From Kiritimatiella glycovorans (GTDB lineage Bacteria > Verrucomicrobiota > Kiritimatiellia > Kiritimatiellales > Kiritimatiellaceae): a stretch of DNA of 32,000 bases. The DNA is taken from NCBI RefSeq assembly GCF_001017655.1, contig NZ_CP010904.1:420001-452000 (forward strand), given 5' to 3'. Below the pieces are notes generated by a model. That model searched no databases. It was not told where the DNA came from and saw nothing but the letters and a program-made list of their open reading frames with translations. A program made the translations under genes and the position numbers. Each line of letters opens with the position of its first letter. Position 1 is the stretch's first letter. Of this stretch, positions 24,019-32,000 are shown piece by piece.

Positions 24019-25349
24019 GCCCGTGCTCCGCGGTTATCGGCCGTGAGCAGCCGCAGGGTTTCGTCCAGCATGCGTTCCCCCGTCGTGTGCGCGAACAGGG
24101 CGTTGGAGGCTTCGTATCCTCCCTGCGCCGCCGCTTCCGGCGTGACCAGGTATCCCTGTAGTTCGCCGTTGGCCACAGAGATGATATACGTGCCCGGAAG
24201 GCGGCGCTGCAGTTCGATCCCGTATTCGACAAAGACTTCTGCGGGCCAGCCGGCGAAATGGAACCCCCCGATGCGCAGCACCTGGATTTCCGCCGGCGTA
24301 CGCTCCGACCGAAACGATTCCAGTACACCTTCCGCTTCGAGCCGGGACAGCGTCATGGTCTCGCGGGCACCGAAGAGATCGACCTCTGCCGTGCGGACCT
24401 CCTGTCGCGGCGCGCCGGAGCGGCGCAGCGTCTCGTAACGCTCCTCCGCCCGCCGCAGCGCCGCTTCGGCTTCCCCTTTCAAGGGGAATGTCCTCGGAAC
24501 GGGTTTGACGGCCCCGCTTCTTACTTCGAGATGTTCAATCGGCGCATAGCGCGTGTCTCTCAAAGCGCGATCCACCGCCTCGCCGAGCTGTCGTCCAAGG
24601 CGTTCGGCCTCGGCAAAAGTGTTGTCGCGGGTGACGTGGCGCGGACTGAGATTGCCGCAGGGTCCGGTGTGATAGACTACCGGGACGGGGCCATGACGTT
24701 CTTTGAGCGCGAACCGCGTGTACGCCGGGAAATCGGCGCTGACGAGTGTGCTGTCCTCGTGCAGGACGGTGGGATGCATGCTCCCGACCATGAGCAGGCC
24801 GATCATGGTTCGATCGGAAACGCGGCGGGCGGCGATCACGGGAACGCGGTGAAAGGCGGGGCCGTCCGGGTCGCGGCGGTTGGTTCCAATCCCCGTGGAG
24901 TCGGCGACGACCTCCGCAATCTCTGCTTCATCCGCAGCGTGCACCGCATCGACCCCCGCATTGACCAGACCGTTTTCCAGCAGGGCGAGGTACTCCGGAT
25001 CCGCCGCCGGAACCACGGGATCATCGGCATTGCTCGCATGATCGACCGTGACCGGGCCCGAATGGGTGTGCGAGGCGCTGATCAGAATGTGGCTCTCCGG
25101 AACACCCGTCGCCTCGAAGATCCGGCGGCGCGCCGCGAGTACGACGGGGCGCGGGACAAAGATGAGGTCGGCCGCGATCAGGATCACCCGCGTGCCGCCC
25201 CGCTCGAGATAAAGTGCGCTGCCGAGCAGGGGATCGTGAATGCCGGTGCTCATGCGCTCGACATGGGGATAGCCGAACAGAAACTGCGGGTGGTGCGGAG
25301 AAATATCCGCCTCCGCCGCGCCCGCCCTCGTTGCCGACTGGTTTTGCAT
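24015..25349 (-). CDS. Neutral/alkaline-ceramidase-N-terminal-domain-like hydrolase, cytoplasmic, unknown substrate
   Basis: ADISPHHPQFLFGYP...GIHDPLLGSALYL...LIAADLIFV...ISASHTHSGP matches the pattern of the ceramidase_alk N-domain. Start is ATG 25349 (GGAG 10 nt upstream); the alternative is GTG 25379. No signal peptide. Confidence 0.55.
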   Translation of the reverse strand: MQNQSATRAGAAEADISPHHPQFLFGYPHVERMSTGIHDPLLGSALYLERGGTRVILIAADLIFVPRPVVLAARRRIFEATGVPESHILISASHTHSGPVTVDHASNADDPVVPAADPEYLALLENGLVNAGVDAVHAADEAEIAEVVADSTGIGTNRRDPDGPAFHRVPVIAARRVSDRTMIGLLMVGSMHPTVLHEDSTLVSADFPAYTRFALKERHGPVPVVYHTGPCGNLSPRHVTRDNTFAEAERLGRQLGEAVDRALRDTRYAPIEHLEVRSGAVKPVPRTFPLKGEAEAALRRAEERYETLRRSGAPRQEVRTAEVDLFGARETMTLSRLEAEGVLESFRSERTPAEIQVLRIGGFHFAGWPAEVFVEYGIELQRRLPGTYIISVANGELQGYLVTPEAAAQGGYEASNALFAHTTGERMLDETLRLLTADNRGARA

Positions 25350-25421
25350 TCGTGCTGCTCCGTTCTTTTTTTTCGGCACGAGTCTTTATCCGTGTGATCA
25401 AGCATTACGAAAAAACGCGCC

Positions 25422-25449
25422 TTGACGCAATGTAAGAATGTGTTAATTT
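25422..25449 (+). promoter_or_regulatory. Candidate promoter for the DeoR-led operon
   Basis: TTGACG (25422..25427), 16 nt, TAATTT (25444..25449). It would give a very short leader before ATG 25468, which has no obvious RBS. Weak call. Confidence 0.25.
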
Positions 25450-25467
25450 CAAGCCAGACCACACACT

Positions 25468-26253
25468 ATGGAAACAACACAAAGCTTGAAGGCGGATGAG
25501 CGTCGGGAGCGGATACGGGAGGCTCTCCTGTGCGGGAAGCCGATCGTCATCGGTGAACTGGCCCGGCGATTCGCGGTGAGCGAGATGACGGTGCGGCGCG
25601 ATCTGCAACGGCTCGAAGACTCGGGTGAGGTGAGGAGGACGCACGGGGGCGCGGTACCGACGGAGCGGATGCTCTTCGAATTCGATTTTGCCGCGCGGCG
25701 TTCGCAGTACCGGGCGGCGAAACGGACGATTGCCGCGGAGGCGGTGACCCGGATTGAACCCGGGCAGCGGCTTATCCTGGATAACGGAACGACGACCCTC
25801 GAACTGGCGATGCTGCTCAAGGATTTTCCCGAACTGACGGTGGTGACTCCCAGCCTGGCCGTGGCGGCGGTCCTCCAGTTCTCGGAGGGGATCGACACGA
25901 TCCTGCTCGGCGGACTCCTGCGGCGCGGACATGCGGAACTGACCGGAATTGTCACGGAGAAGATTCTGTCTATGTTCTCGGTTGATATCGCGTTCCAGGG
26001 TGCGGACGGCATCGGACTCGACGGCCGCCTCTATACCGGCGATCCGCGGGTGGCCGAGGTGGACCGCCGGATTCGTTCGTGCGCGGCCAGGACGTATGTC
26101 CTCGCGGACAGCTCCAAGGTCGGCCAGACCGCCTTGCTTGTCCACGGATCCCTCGCCGAGGCCGAGGCGCTGATCACGGATGCGGCCGTGCGCGACGAAG
26201 ATTGCGCGGCTCTGGAAAAAACCGGCGTGGCGGTTATCCGGGCGGAGGGGTAG
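25468..26253 (+). CDS. DeoR/GlpR-family transcriptional regulator
   Basis: HTH IVIGELARRFAVSEMTVRRDLQRLEDSGEVRRTHGGAV followed by a DeoR C-terminal sugar-phosphate sensor domain pattern. 261 aa. Confidence 0.9.
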   Translation: METTQSLKADERRERIREALLCGKPIVIGELARRFAVSEMTVRRDLQRLEDSGEVRRTHGGAVPTERMLFEFDFAARRSQYRAAKRTIAAEAVTRIEPGQRLILDNGTTTLELAMLLKDFPELTVVTPSLAVAAVLQFSEGIDTILLGGLLRRGHAELTGIVTEKILSMFSVDIAFQGADGIGLDGRLYTGDPRVAEVDRRIRSCAARTYVLADSSKVGQTALLVHGSLAEAEALITDAAVRDEDCAALEKTGVAVIRAEG

Positions 26254-26263
26254 GAGGGAAACT

Positions 26264-26866
26264 ATGAATTCTACGGCTATGGAAGCGGCCTGCGCATCGA
26301 TTGAGATTGAGACGCGTGCGGTCTGCGGCCTGGAGGGTATTGAGCGCAGCGAGGCGTTCGGGCAGGCGGTGGACGCCCTGGCCGCATGCCCGCGCATTAT
26401 GACCTGCGCCAGCGGTTCGTCGGGTATCGCTGCGCGGAAATTCGCGCACACGCTCTGCTGCATCGAACGCGGCGCGATGTTCATGCCGCCGGGGGAAGCG
26501 GTCCACGGCGGGCTTGGCGGCCTCAAGACGGAGGATGTCATGGTCATGGTCTCGCGCGGCGGAAAGACCGCGGAACTGATGCCGGTGATCGACGTCTGCC
26601 GCAAAAAGGGCGCGACCCTGATCGCGGTCACCGAAAACCTCAACTCCATCCTGGCGCAGGCCGCCGCCATCGTGTTGCCGCTGCGTATCGAACGGGAAAG
26701 CGATCCGCTCGATACGATGGCCACGTCGAGTTTCATCGCGACCATCGCATTGTTCGACGCGCTGATCGCCGCTCTGATCGAGCAGACCGGCTTCACCCGC
26801 GCACAGTTCGGATTGATCCACCCGGGCGGAGCGGTCGGGGAAGAGTTGAGCGGGGATGGTTCGTAA
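26264..26866 (+). CDS. SIS-domain sugar-phosphate isomerase, KpsF/GutQ-like but lacking the CBS pair
   Basis: CASGSSGIAARKFAHTL, EAVHGGLGGL, VSRGGKTAEL and HPGGAVGEEL parallel the SIS core of arabinose-5-phosphate isomerases. Start is ATG 26264 (GGAGGGA upstream), 200 aa. Confidence 0.7.
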   Translation: MNSTAMEAACASIEIETRAVCGLEGIERSEAFGQAVDALAACPRIMTCASGSSGIAARKFAHTLCCIERGAMFMPPGEAVHGGLGGLKTEDVMVMVSRGGKTAELMPVIDVCRKKGATLIAVTENLNSILAQAAAIVLPLRIERESDPLDTMATSSFIATIALFDALIAALIEQTGFTRAQFGLIHPGGAVGEELSGDGS

Positions 26867-26892
26867 CGAGAGAGAAGGGAAAGGGGCTTCGT

Positions 26893-27606
26893 ATGTATCG
26901 GGATTATCTCATCAAACCGCCGTTCTTTGAAATTGGACCCAAGGCCTACCTCTACGGACCGGCCATGCTGGAACTCGCCCGTGTGATCGACCGGGTGGCG
27001 ACAAAATACGACGTGGACGTGATCGTCACGCCGCAGTATACGGACATCGCCCTGCTCGCCGGGCATACGGAGCGCATCCATGTCTATGCGCAGCATATGG
27101 ATCCCCTCCCCGTGGGCCGCGGGCTCGGCTCGGTGCTCCCCGAAGCGGTCAAGGCCGCCGGAGCCGTCGGCGTTATGCTCAATCATGCAGAGCGCAAGCT
27201 GACGCTGGAAGACGTGGAGAAGACCATCCGGCGTGCGGATGAGGTCGGCCTGGCCACGATCGTCTGCGCCGACACGCTCGAGGAGATCGAGGCGGTCGCC
27301 CGGATGGCCCCGAACCTTATCGTCGCCGAACCGACCGAATTGATCGGCACCGGCGAGACGAGCGATCTGGAATATGTCCGCAGGACGATCGAGACCGTGC
27401 GCTCGATCAATCCTGAAATCATGGTCCTCCAGGGAGCGGGGATCTCAAACGGTCGGGATGTGTACGATGTGATCAAGGCGGGGGCTCAGGCCACCGGATG
27501 TACCAGCGGCATCCTCAGGGCCGAGGATCCTCCCGCCATGGTGGAGGAGATGTTAGGGGCGCTCCGGAAGGCGTGGGATGAACGCCACGGGAGCGCTGAG
27601 CAATAG
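26893..27606 (+). CDS. Archaeal-type triosephosphate-isomerase-family protein (TIM paralogue)
   Basis: VYAQHMDPLPVGRGLGSVLPEAVKAAGAVGVMLNHAERK and VAEPTELIGTG resemble archaeal TIMs. Start is ATG 26893, 237 aa. The track ORF from 26386 is an upstream read-through. Confidence 0.75.
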   Translation: MYRDYLIKPPFFEIGPKAYLYGPAMLELARVIDRVATKYDVDVIVTPQYTDIALLAGHTERIHVYAQHMDPLPVGRGLGSVLPEAVKAAGAVGVMLNHAERKLTLEDVEKTIRRADEVGLATIVCADTLEEIEAVARMAPNLIVAEPTELIGTGETSDLEYVRRTIETVRSINPEIMVLQGAGISNGRDVYDVIKAGAQATGCTSGILRAEDPPAMVEEMLGALRKAWDERHGSAEQ

Positions 27607-27656
27607 GAAGTCCTGACGATCAGGACGTAACGTAACCCCAAAGGGAGAAGAACCTC

Positions 27657-28157
27657 ATGGCTGTATTCAGCAAGACCATCGATCTGCAGTCCCGCGACCA
27701 CATGCCGCATTTTCATAACGTGACGGATGCGGTGAAGGACATCGTCGCCGAATCCGGAATCAAAAACGGAATCTGTGTCGTGTACTCGCATCATACGACC
27801 TGTTCGGTAATGACGCAGGAGTGCTCGCACGACCTGAATTATTTCGGGCGCGAATACCTGCAGGTGGACCTGATGGAGATTATGGAAAAGATGATTCCCA
27901 CCTGCCGTACCGAGGGTCAGTACCACCACCCCGGCCCGGAGCATATTGAGTTCGCCCTCTCGCATCCCGACGAGGAGGCCAAGGGCAGTCTGAACACCGA
28001 CGCCCATCTGCGCTCCTGCTTCTTCGGCCGTTCGGAGACGATCGTGCTGAACGACGGCGAACTCTCGCTCGGCGACTTCGGGTTCATCTACTTTATCGAC
28101 TGGGACCAGGTGCGCGAGCGTGGCCGGGTCTGTGAAGTCCAGATTATCGGTGAATGA
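27657..28157 (+). CDS. YjbQ/UPF0047-family protein
   Basis: ...GICVVYSHHTTCSVMTQE...NTDAHLRSCFFGRSETIVLNDGELSLGDFGFIYFID... fits the UPF0047 pattern. At 166 aa it is longer than the usual ~140 aa. Confidence 0.6.
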   Translation: MAVFSKTIDLQSRDHMPHFHNVTDAVKDIVAESGIKNGICVVYSHHTTCSVMTQECSHDLNYFGREYLQVDLMEIMEKMIPTCRTEGQYHHPGPEHIEFALSHPDEEAKGSLNTDAHLRSCFFGRSETIVLNDGELSLGDFGFIYFIDWDQVRERGRVCEVQIIGE

Positions 28158-28174
28158 AAACCGGGAGGTTGAAG

Positions 28175-29560
28175 ATGCGTAAAACCACACCCCGCCTGGG
28201 ATTGTGTCCGATCGGAAAGTTCGCCTTCAGTCACGAGGATGCCGTCCGTCAGAAGGAGGCGCTGCGTGAGATGATCGCGCGGCGCGGCGTGGATGCGGTC
28301 GATCTCGAGGGAGTTCTCGACGACGGTCTGGTGCGGGATAAGGCCCACGTCGATACCGTCGTGGATCACTTTCGCGCTCAGGGTGTGGACGCGCTTTTCA
28401 TCCCCCATTGTAATTTCGGCACCGAGGATGCCGCCGCACTGATCGCGAAACAGCTCGACGTGCCGACGCTGCTCTGGGGTCCGCGTGACGCTCCTCCGCT
28501 GGAGGACGGAACCCGCCTTCGAGATTCGCTCTGCGGCCTCTTCGCGACGAGCAAGGTGCTGGTCAAATTGGATGTACCCTTCACGTACCTCCCGAACAGC
28601 GCCGCAGACGATCCCGCGTTTGAGGCGGGGTTCGACCGTTTTTTGCGGACCGCGAACGCGGCTTCGGTATTGCGCCGCGGTTGCCGCATCGGCGTGCTCG
28701 GGCAGCGCATCGATTTCTTCTGGAGCACGATCTCCAATGAAAGCGAACTGCTGGAACGATTCAACGTCGAAACCCTGCCGCTCGATCTCGTGCCGTTCAT
28801 CGAAAACGTGAAGAAGCGTGCCACGGGCAAGGCCTATGCGGATGAAATCGCCGGGCTGCGCGAGCAGTGTGTGATTGAAGAGATGACCGACGAGGCGCTC
28901 GCCCGCGTGCTGGCGGTACGCGACGAGGCACTGGAGCTGGCCGCGACCCACGAGCTGGACGCCATGGCCTGCCAGTCGTTCATGAGCCTGCCCGAAGCTG
29001 TCGGGGCATGGACGGTCTATGCCGACAGCCTGATCGGCGACGAGCTTCCTTTCGTGCTCGAATCCGATATCTGCGGCGCGATCAGCACGCTGCTGCTCAG
29101 GCGCGCGGCGGGATCCGCGCCGTTCATGGTCGACGTGACCATGCGTCATCCGAACGACGATAACGCTGTGCTCCTCTGGCACTGCGGTGCGCCCCTGTCC
29201 ATGAAGCACCCGGACAGCCGGGTGCGGCTCGGCCGGCACTGGATTCTGCCCGGACCGCTGTCCGGGATGACGCACTTCCGGATGAAAGACGGCCCGATCA
29301 CCTGCGCGCGGTTCGACGGCGATCGCGGGCGTTACGTACTCGCGGTCGGTCAGGCCGAATCATGCGAGGGCCCGGAGACGCAGAACAACTATGTCTGGGC
29401 CCGGGTGAAGAACTGGCCGCGCTGGGAGCGCACGCTTATCGAAGGGCCGTTCCTGCACCATATCGGCATGGCGTACGGCCATTGCGGCGCCGCGCTCAGA
29501 GAGGTGGTCAAGTATGTGCCCGGTCTCGAACTGCGCGATATGGACGGAGGTGGGGCATGA
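28175..29560 (+). CDS. L-fucose/L-arabinose isomerase-family (COG2407-like) sugar isomerase
   Basis: 461 aa from ATG 28175 (GGGAGG 6 nt upstream). LGLCPIGKF, IPHCNFGTEDA and RDSLCG are reminiscent of FucI-related isomerases. Recognition-level call only. Confidence 0.55.
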   Translation: MRKTTPRLGLCPIGKFAFSHEDAVRQKEALREMIARRGVDAVDLEGVLDDGLVRDKAHVDTVVDHFRAQGVDALFIPHCNFGTEDAAALIAKQLDVPTLLWGPRDAPPLEDGTRLRDSLCGLFATSKVLVKLDVPFTYLPNSAADDPAFEAGFDRFLRTANAASVLRRGCRIGVLGQRIDFFWSTISNESELLERFNVETLPLDLVPFIENVKKRATGKAYADEIAGLREQCVIEEMTDEALARVLAVRDEALELAATHELDAMACQSFMSLPEAVGAWTVYADSLIGDELPFVLESDICGAISTLLLRRAAGSAPFMVDVTMRHPNDDNAVLLWHCGAPLSMKHPDSRVRLGRHWILPGPLSGMTHFRMKDGPITCARFDGDRGRYVLAVGQAESCEGPETQNNYVWARVKNWPRWERTLIEGPFLHHIGMAYGHCGAALREVVKYVPGLELRDMDGGGA

Positions 29561-30945
29561 AGGGCGACGGGGTCTCTCAGGCGGGACCGGCCTACATCTA
29601 CCTGGTGGCGATGGTGGCTGCGGCGGGGGGATTCCTCTTCGGCTACGACCTGTCGATCATCAGCGGAGCTATTATTTTTCTGGAGGAACACTTCGGGCTT
29701 AGCGCCGCCGGTAAAGGGCTGGCGGTCAGCAGCGCGATCTTCGGTTCGATCCTGGGACCGCTCTCCGGCATGTGGCTCAACGACCGGTTCGGCCGCCGGC
29801 GTACGCTCCAGATCGCCGCGCTGTGTTTCCTGAGTTCCGCGATCGGAACCGCGCTGCCGCACCATATCATCACCTTCAACTTTTGGCGCGTGGTGGGCGG
29901 AATAGGGGTGGGGCTGGCTGCGACGACTTCACCGATGTACATCGCCGAGCTCGCGCCGCCGCGGCTGCGCGGGCGCCTGGTCACCGTCTACCAGCTCGCC
30001 GTCGTGGTGGGCATCAACCTTGCCGTGATCGCGTCCTACCTGCTCTCCTTTGAAGGACAATGGCGGTGGATGTTCGCGTCCGAGATCATTCCGATTCTGT
30101 TCCTGATCACCGGACTGTTTTTCGTGCCGTGCAGTCCTCGCTGGCTGGTGGCGCGCGGGCGGCGCGACGATGCGCTTTCCGTGCTGATACGGATCAACGG
30201 GCCGGAGCAGGCGGCGCGGGAAGTGCAGGAGATTCGCGATGAGCTGCGCGAGGAGACGGGGCGTTTTCGCGAACTGCTCCTGCCCGGTGTGCGCCGCGCG
30301 CTCCTGATCGGTATCGTGATCATGATTTTCTCGCAGATCAACGGCGTGAATATGATGTTGATCTATGGCCCGACCATTCTCGTCGAGGCGGGGATCGGTA
30401 CGGCCTCGCAGGCGATCTTCTTCACGATTTTTCTGAACCTCGTCATCCTCATCTGTACGATCATCGCTTTCTGGCTGGTGCAGTGTTTCGGGCGGCGTCA
30501 GATCATGATCGGCGGGGTCAGCGTAATGGTCCTCGGTCACCTGCTGATGTCCGCGACGTTCTTTCTGCGCGGTTCCCCGTTTCTCAATCTCGGGGCGATG
30601 TTCCTCGCCGCCGGGGCGTTCACACTCAGTCTCGCCCCGCTGAGCTGGGTGATCATCTCGGAGATCTTTCCGAACCAGATTCGGGCCAAGGCGGTCGCGG
30701 TGGTCTGCAGCATCCTCTATCTCTCGTCGTTTCTCTGTGCCCAGTTTTTCCCCATGATCACCGGGGGATTCGAGGCGCGGGCCGGTCATCCGGGCGGTGC
30801 CTACCTGATCTTCGCGACGATCTGCGCGCTCTGCGTGCTGTTTACCTGGAAGATGCTTCCGGAGACGAAAGACCAGACGCTTGAATCTATCGGCCGATTC
30901 TGGCTTCACTACGATAAAGGACCCGGAGGATCTGCGGATTCGTGA
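29557..30945 (+). CDS. MFS sugar porter
   Basis: GRRRTL, PCSPRWLVARGR and PETKDQTLE motifs, with about 12 hydrophobic segments. ATG 29557 overlaps the preceding stop (ATGA). Confidence 0.9.
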   Translation: MKGDGVSQAGPAYIYLVAMVAAAGGFLFGYDLSIISGAIIFLEEHFGLSAAGKGLAVSSAIFGSILGPLSGMWLNDRFGRRRTLQIAALCFLSSAIGTALPHHIITFNFWRVVGGIGVGLAATTSPMYIAELAPPRLRGRLVTVYQLAVVVGINLAVIASYLLSFEGQWRWMFASEIIPILFLITGLFFVPCSPRWLVARGRRDDALSVLIRINGPEQAAREVQEIRDELREETGRFRELLLPGVRRALLIGIVIMIFSQINGVNMMLIYGPTILVEAGIGTASQAIFFTIFLNLVILICTIIAFWLVQCFGRRQIMIGGVSVMVLGHLLMSATFFLRGSPFLNLGAMFLAAGAFTLSLAPLSWVIISEIFPNQIRAKAVAVVCSILYLSSFLCAQFFPMITGGFEARAGHPGGAYLIFATICALCVLFTWKMLPETKDQTLESIGRFWLHYDKGPGGSADS

Positions 30946-30977
30946 TGCGCCCCCGCACAAGGGGAGGAGGTGAGCCC

Positions 30978-31802
30978 ATGATATCGCCCGTGATCGATCG
31001 CGTGCAATACGGGTACGCCTGTTTCGACGAAACGAGCCACCCCTACGAGCGGCTGCACACCCATCCGGATCTCGAACTGGGAATGCTTTCCGGCGGTGCG
31101 GTCACCGCCATGATCGCCGGCCGGCGCTACCGGTTTGGCGGGGGTGAGATCGTGGCCTTCTGGGCCGGGCTTCCGCATGGGCCGGTCGAGGTGGAGGGGT
31201 CGCCCTGTGCGCACAACCTCTGCGTCCCGATGGATCGGCTGCGCTCATGGAATCTCCCCGTCGCGTTTATCTCCGCTCTCTACCGCGGACGGGTCTTCAG
31301 GCTGCACCGCACGCACCCCGCCGCGAACTGGGTGGAGTGGAAACAGCTTCTCGACGGAGAGGATGATACGGGCCGCACCATCGCCTCACTCGAGATCAAC
31401 GCCCTGCTGCTTCGAATGATCCGCCACCATCAATTCGTTCGCAGCGCGCACGATAAAAACGGGACTCCGACGAACCTGCGCTGCTACCAGGAGATCGCCA
31501 CGTATATCGCGGCGCACAAGAGCGATCCGATTACGGTGGGGGACATTCTGAAGCACGCCTCGGTGCACCCGAAGTACGCGATGCGTATCTTCAAACAGAG
31601 CTGCGGAATGACGATTCATGAATATCTCGTCCTGCAGCGCATGAATACCGCGCGCCATCTCCTGACCACCACCGACCGGAATGTCACCGACATCGCCTTC
31701 GAGTCGGGCTTCGGTTCGGTCAGCCGGTTCTATGATGCCTTTTCTTCCGCGCATGGCTGTACGCCGGGCGAATACCGCCGCCGCTTCCTGAACGCGGGAT
31801 AA
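30978..31802 (+). CDS. AraC-family transcriptional regulator
   Basis: C-terminal double HTH (ITVGDILKHASVHPKYAMRIFK...VTDIAFESGFGSVSRFYDAFSSAHGCTPGEYRR) and an N-terminal cupin-like sensor. Start is ATG 30978 after GGAGGAGG. Confidence 0.85.
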   Translation: MISPVIDRVQYGYACFDETSHPYERLHTHPDLELGMLSGGAVTAMIAGRRYRFGGGEIVAFWAGLPHGPVEVEGSPCAHNLCVPMDRLRSWNLPVAFISALYRGRVFRLHRTHPAANWVEWKQLLDGEDDTGRTIASLEINALLLRMIRHHQFVRSAHDKNGTPTNLRCYQEIATYIAAHKSDPITVGDILKHASVHPKYAMRIFKQSCGMTIHEYLVLQRMNTARHLLTTTDRNVTDIAFESGFGSVSRFYDAFSSAHGCTPGEYRRRFLNAG

Positions 31803-31824
31803 CCCTAACCGCTGTGGTGGTTCA

Positions 31825-32000
31825 TCTCCGGCGGGACGGCTTCCACGCCGTCCGAAAAGAGAGATCACAAATCCTGGAGGGACGGCTTCCACGCCGTCCG
31901 AAACGTATGATCACGTACGCCCTGGAGGGACGGCTGCCACGCCGTCCGTAACGTATGATCAGGTACGCCCTGGAGGGACGGCTTCCACGCCGTCCGAAAA
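31825..32000. repeat. 48-bp tandem repeat (at least 3.7 units, runs off the window), each unit carrying a GGACGGC-TTCCAC-GCCGTCC hairpin
   Basis: Units lie at about 31825, 31873, 31921 and 31969. Units 2 and 3 (CCTGGAGGGACGGCTTCCACGCCGTCCGAAACGTATGATCACGTACGC) differ at 3 of 48 positions. The inter-hairpin segments are also conserved. Confidence 0.8.

Noticed and set aside
25405-27186. 593-aa ORF on the minus strand
   Set aside because: It runs antisense across three well-supported plus-strand genes (DeoR, SIS, TIM). It has a Arg/Pro/Gly/Ala/Ser-rich composition with no recognisable motifs. This is the typical shadow ORF of G+C-rich DNA.
27610-27626. Hairpin GTCCTGA-CGA-TCAGGAC between the TIM paralogue and YjbQ genes
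   Set aside because: It has a 7-bp stem and a 3-nt loop with no U-tract, and it lies inside an apparent operon. It could be an mRNA-processing or stability element, but there is too little evidence to call a feature.
28088-29275. 395-aa minus-strand ORF
   Set aside because: It is antisense to the FucI-like isomerase and the YjbQ 3' end, with no RBS or motifs.
31825-32000. Possible CRISPR array (regularly spaced, hairpin-containing repeats)
   Set aside because: The segments between hairpins are nearly identical from unit to unit rather than unique spacers. The period is only 48 bp, with about 17-nt pseudo-spacers, and no cas genes are nearby. It is a tandem repeat.

Overview
G+C-rich bacterial chromosomal window. 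PEP-CTERM anchor, Cys-type sulfatase, GH3, GH78 and an [FeFe]-hydrogenase fit an anaerobic, polysaccharide-degrading PVC-group organism (Kiritimatiellota/Lentisphaerota-like); this taxonomy is inference only. All homology calls come from reading motifs in the supplied translations, with no database search. Layout: (1) 1-14.9 kb is a glycan-degradation locus: PEP-CTERM protein fragment, exported sulfatase with a C-terminal add-on domain, exported unknown protein, GH3 with a PA14 insert, URO-D-family protein and GH78 rhamnosidase. It is interrupted by a complete 2523-bp IS21-family element that landed inside a ~100-bp palindromic REP/MITE-like repeat, with a 7-bp target duplication. Five copies or fragments of that repeat lie in the window, plus a 392-bp TIR-bounded composite repeat at 2.8-3.2 kb. 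(2) 15.1-22.8 kb holds an Hnd/HydABC-type [FeFe]-hydrogenase operon (NuoE-like, orphan HATPase, 2Fe-2S ferredoxin, NuoF-like, catalytic subunit). Across a ~27% G+C spacer it faces a tightly packed rex-DRTGG-CBS/HATPase-DRTGG operon. This is my best candidate for an undescribed system: a redox/energy-sensing control module lacking classical two-component parts. (3) 22.7-31.8 kb is a sugar-catabolic locus with an odd enzyme set: ceramidase-like hydrolase coupled to an FGGY kinase, divergent from DeoR, SIS-only isomerase, archaeal-type TIM paralogue, YjbQ, FucI-like isomerase and MFS porter, then AraC. No aldolase is visible. The window ends in a 48-bp tandem hairpin repeat that is not a CRISPR array. 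The many long ORFs antisense to these genes are treated as high-GC artefacts.
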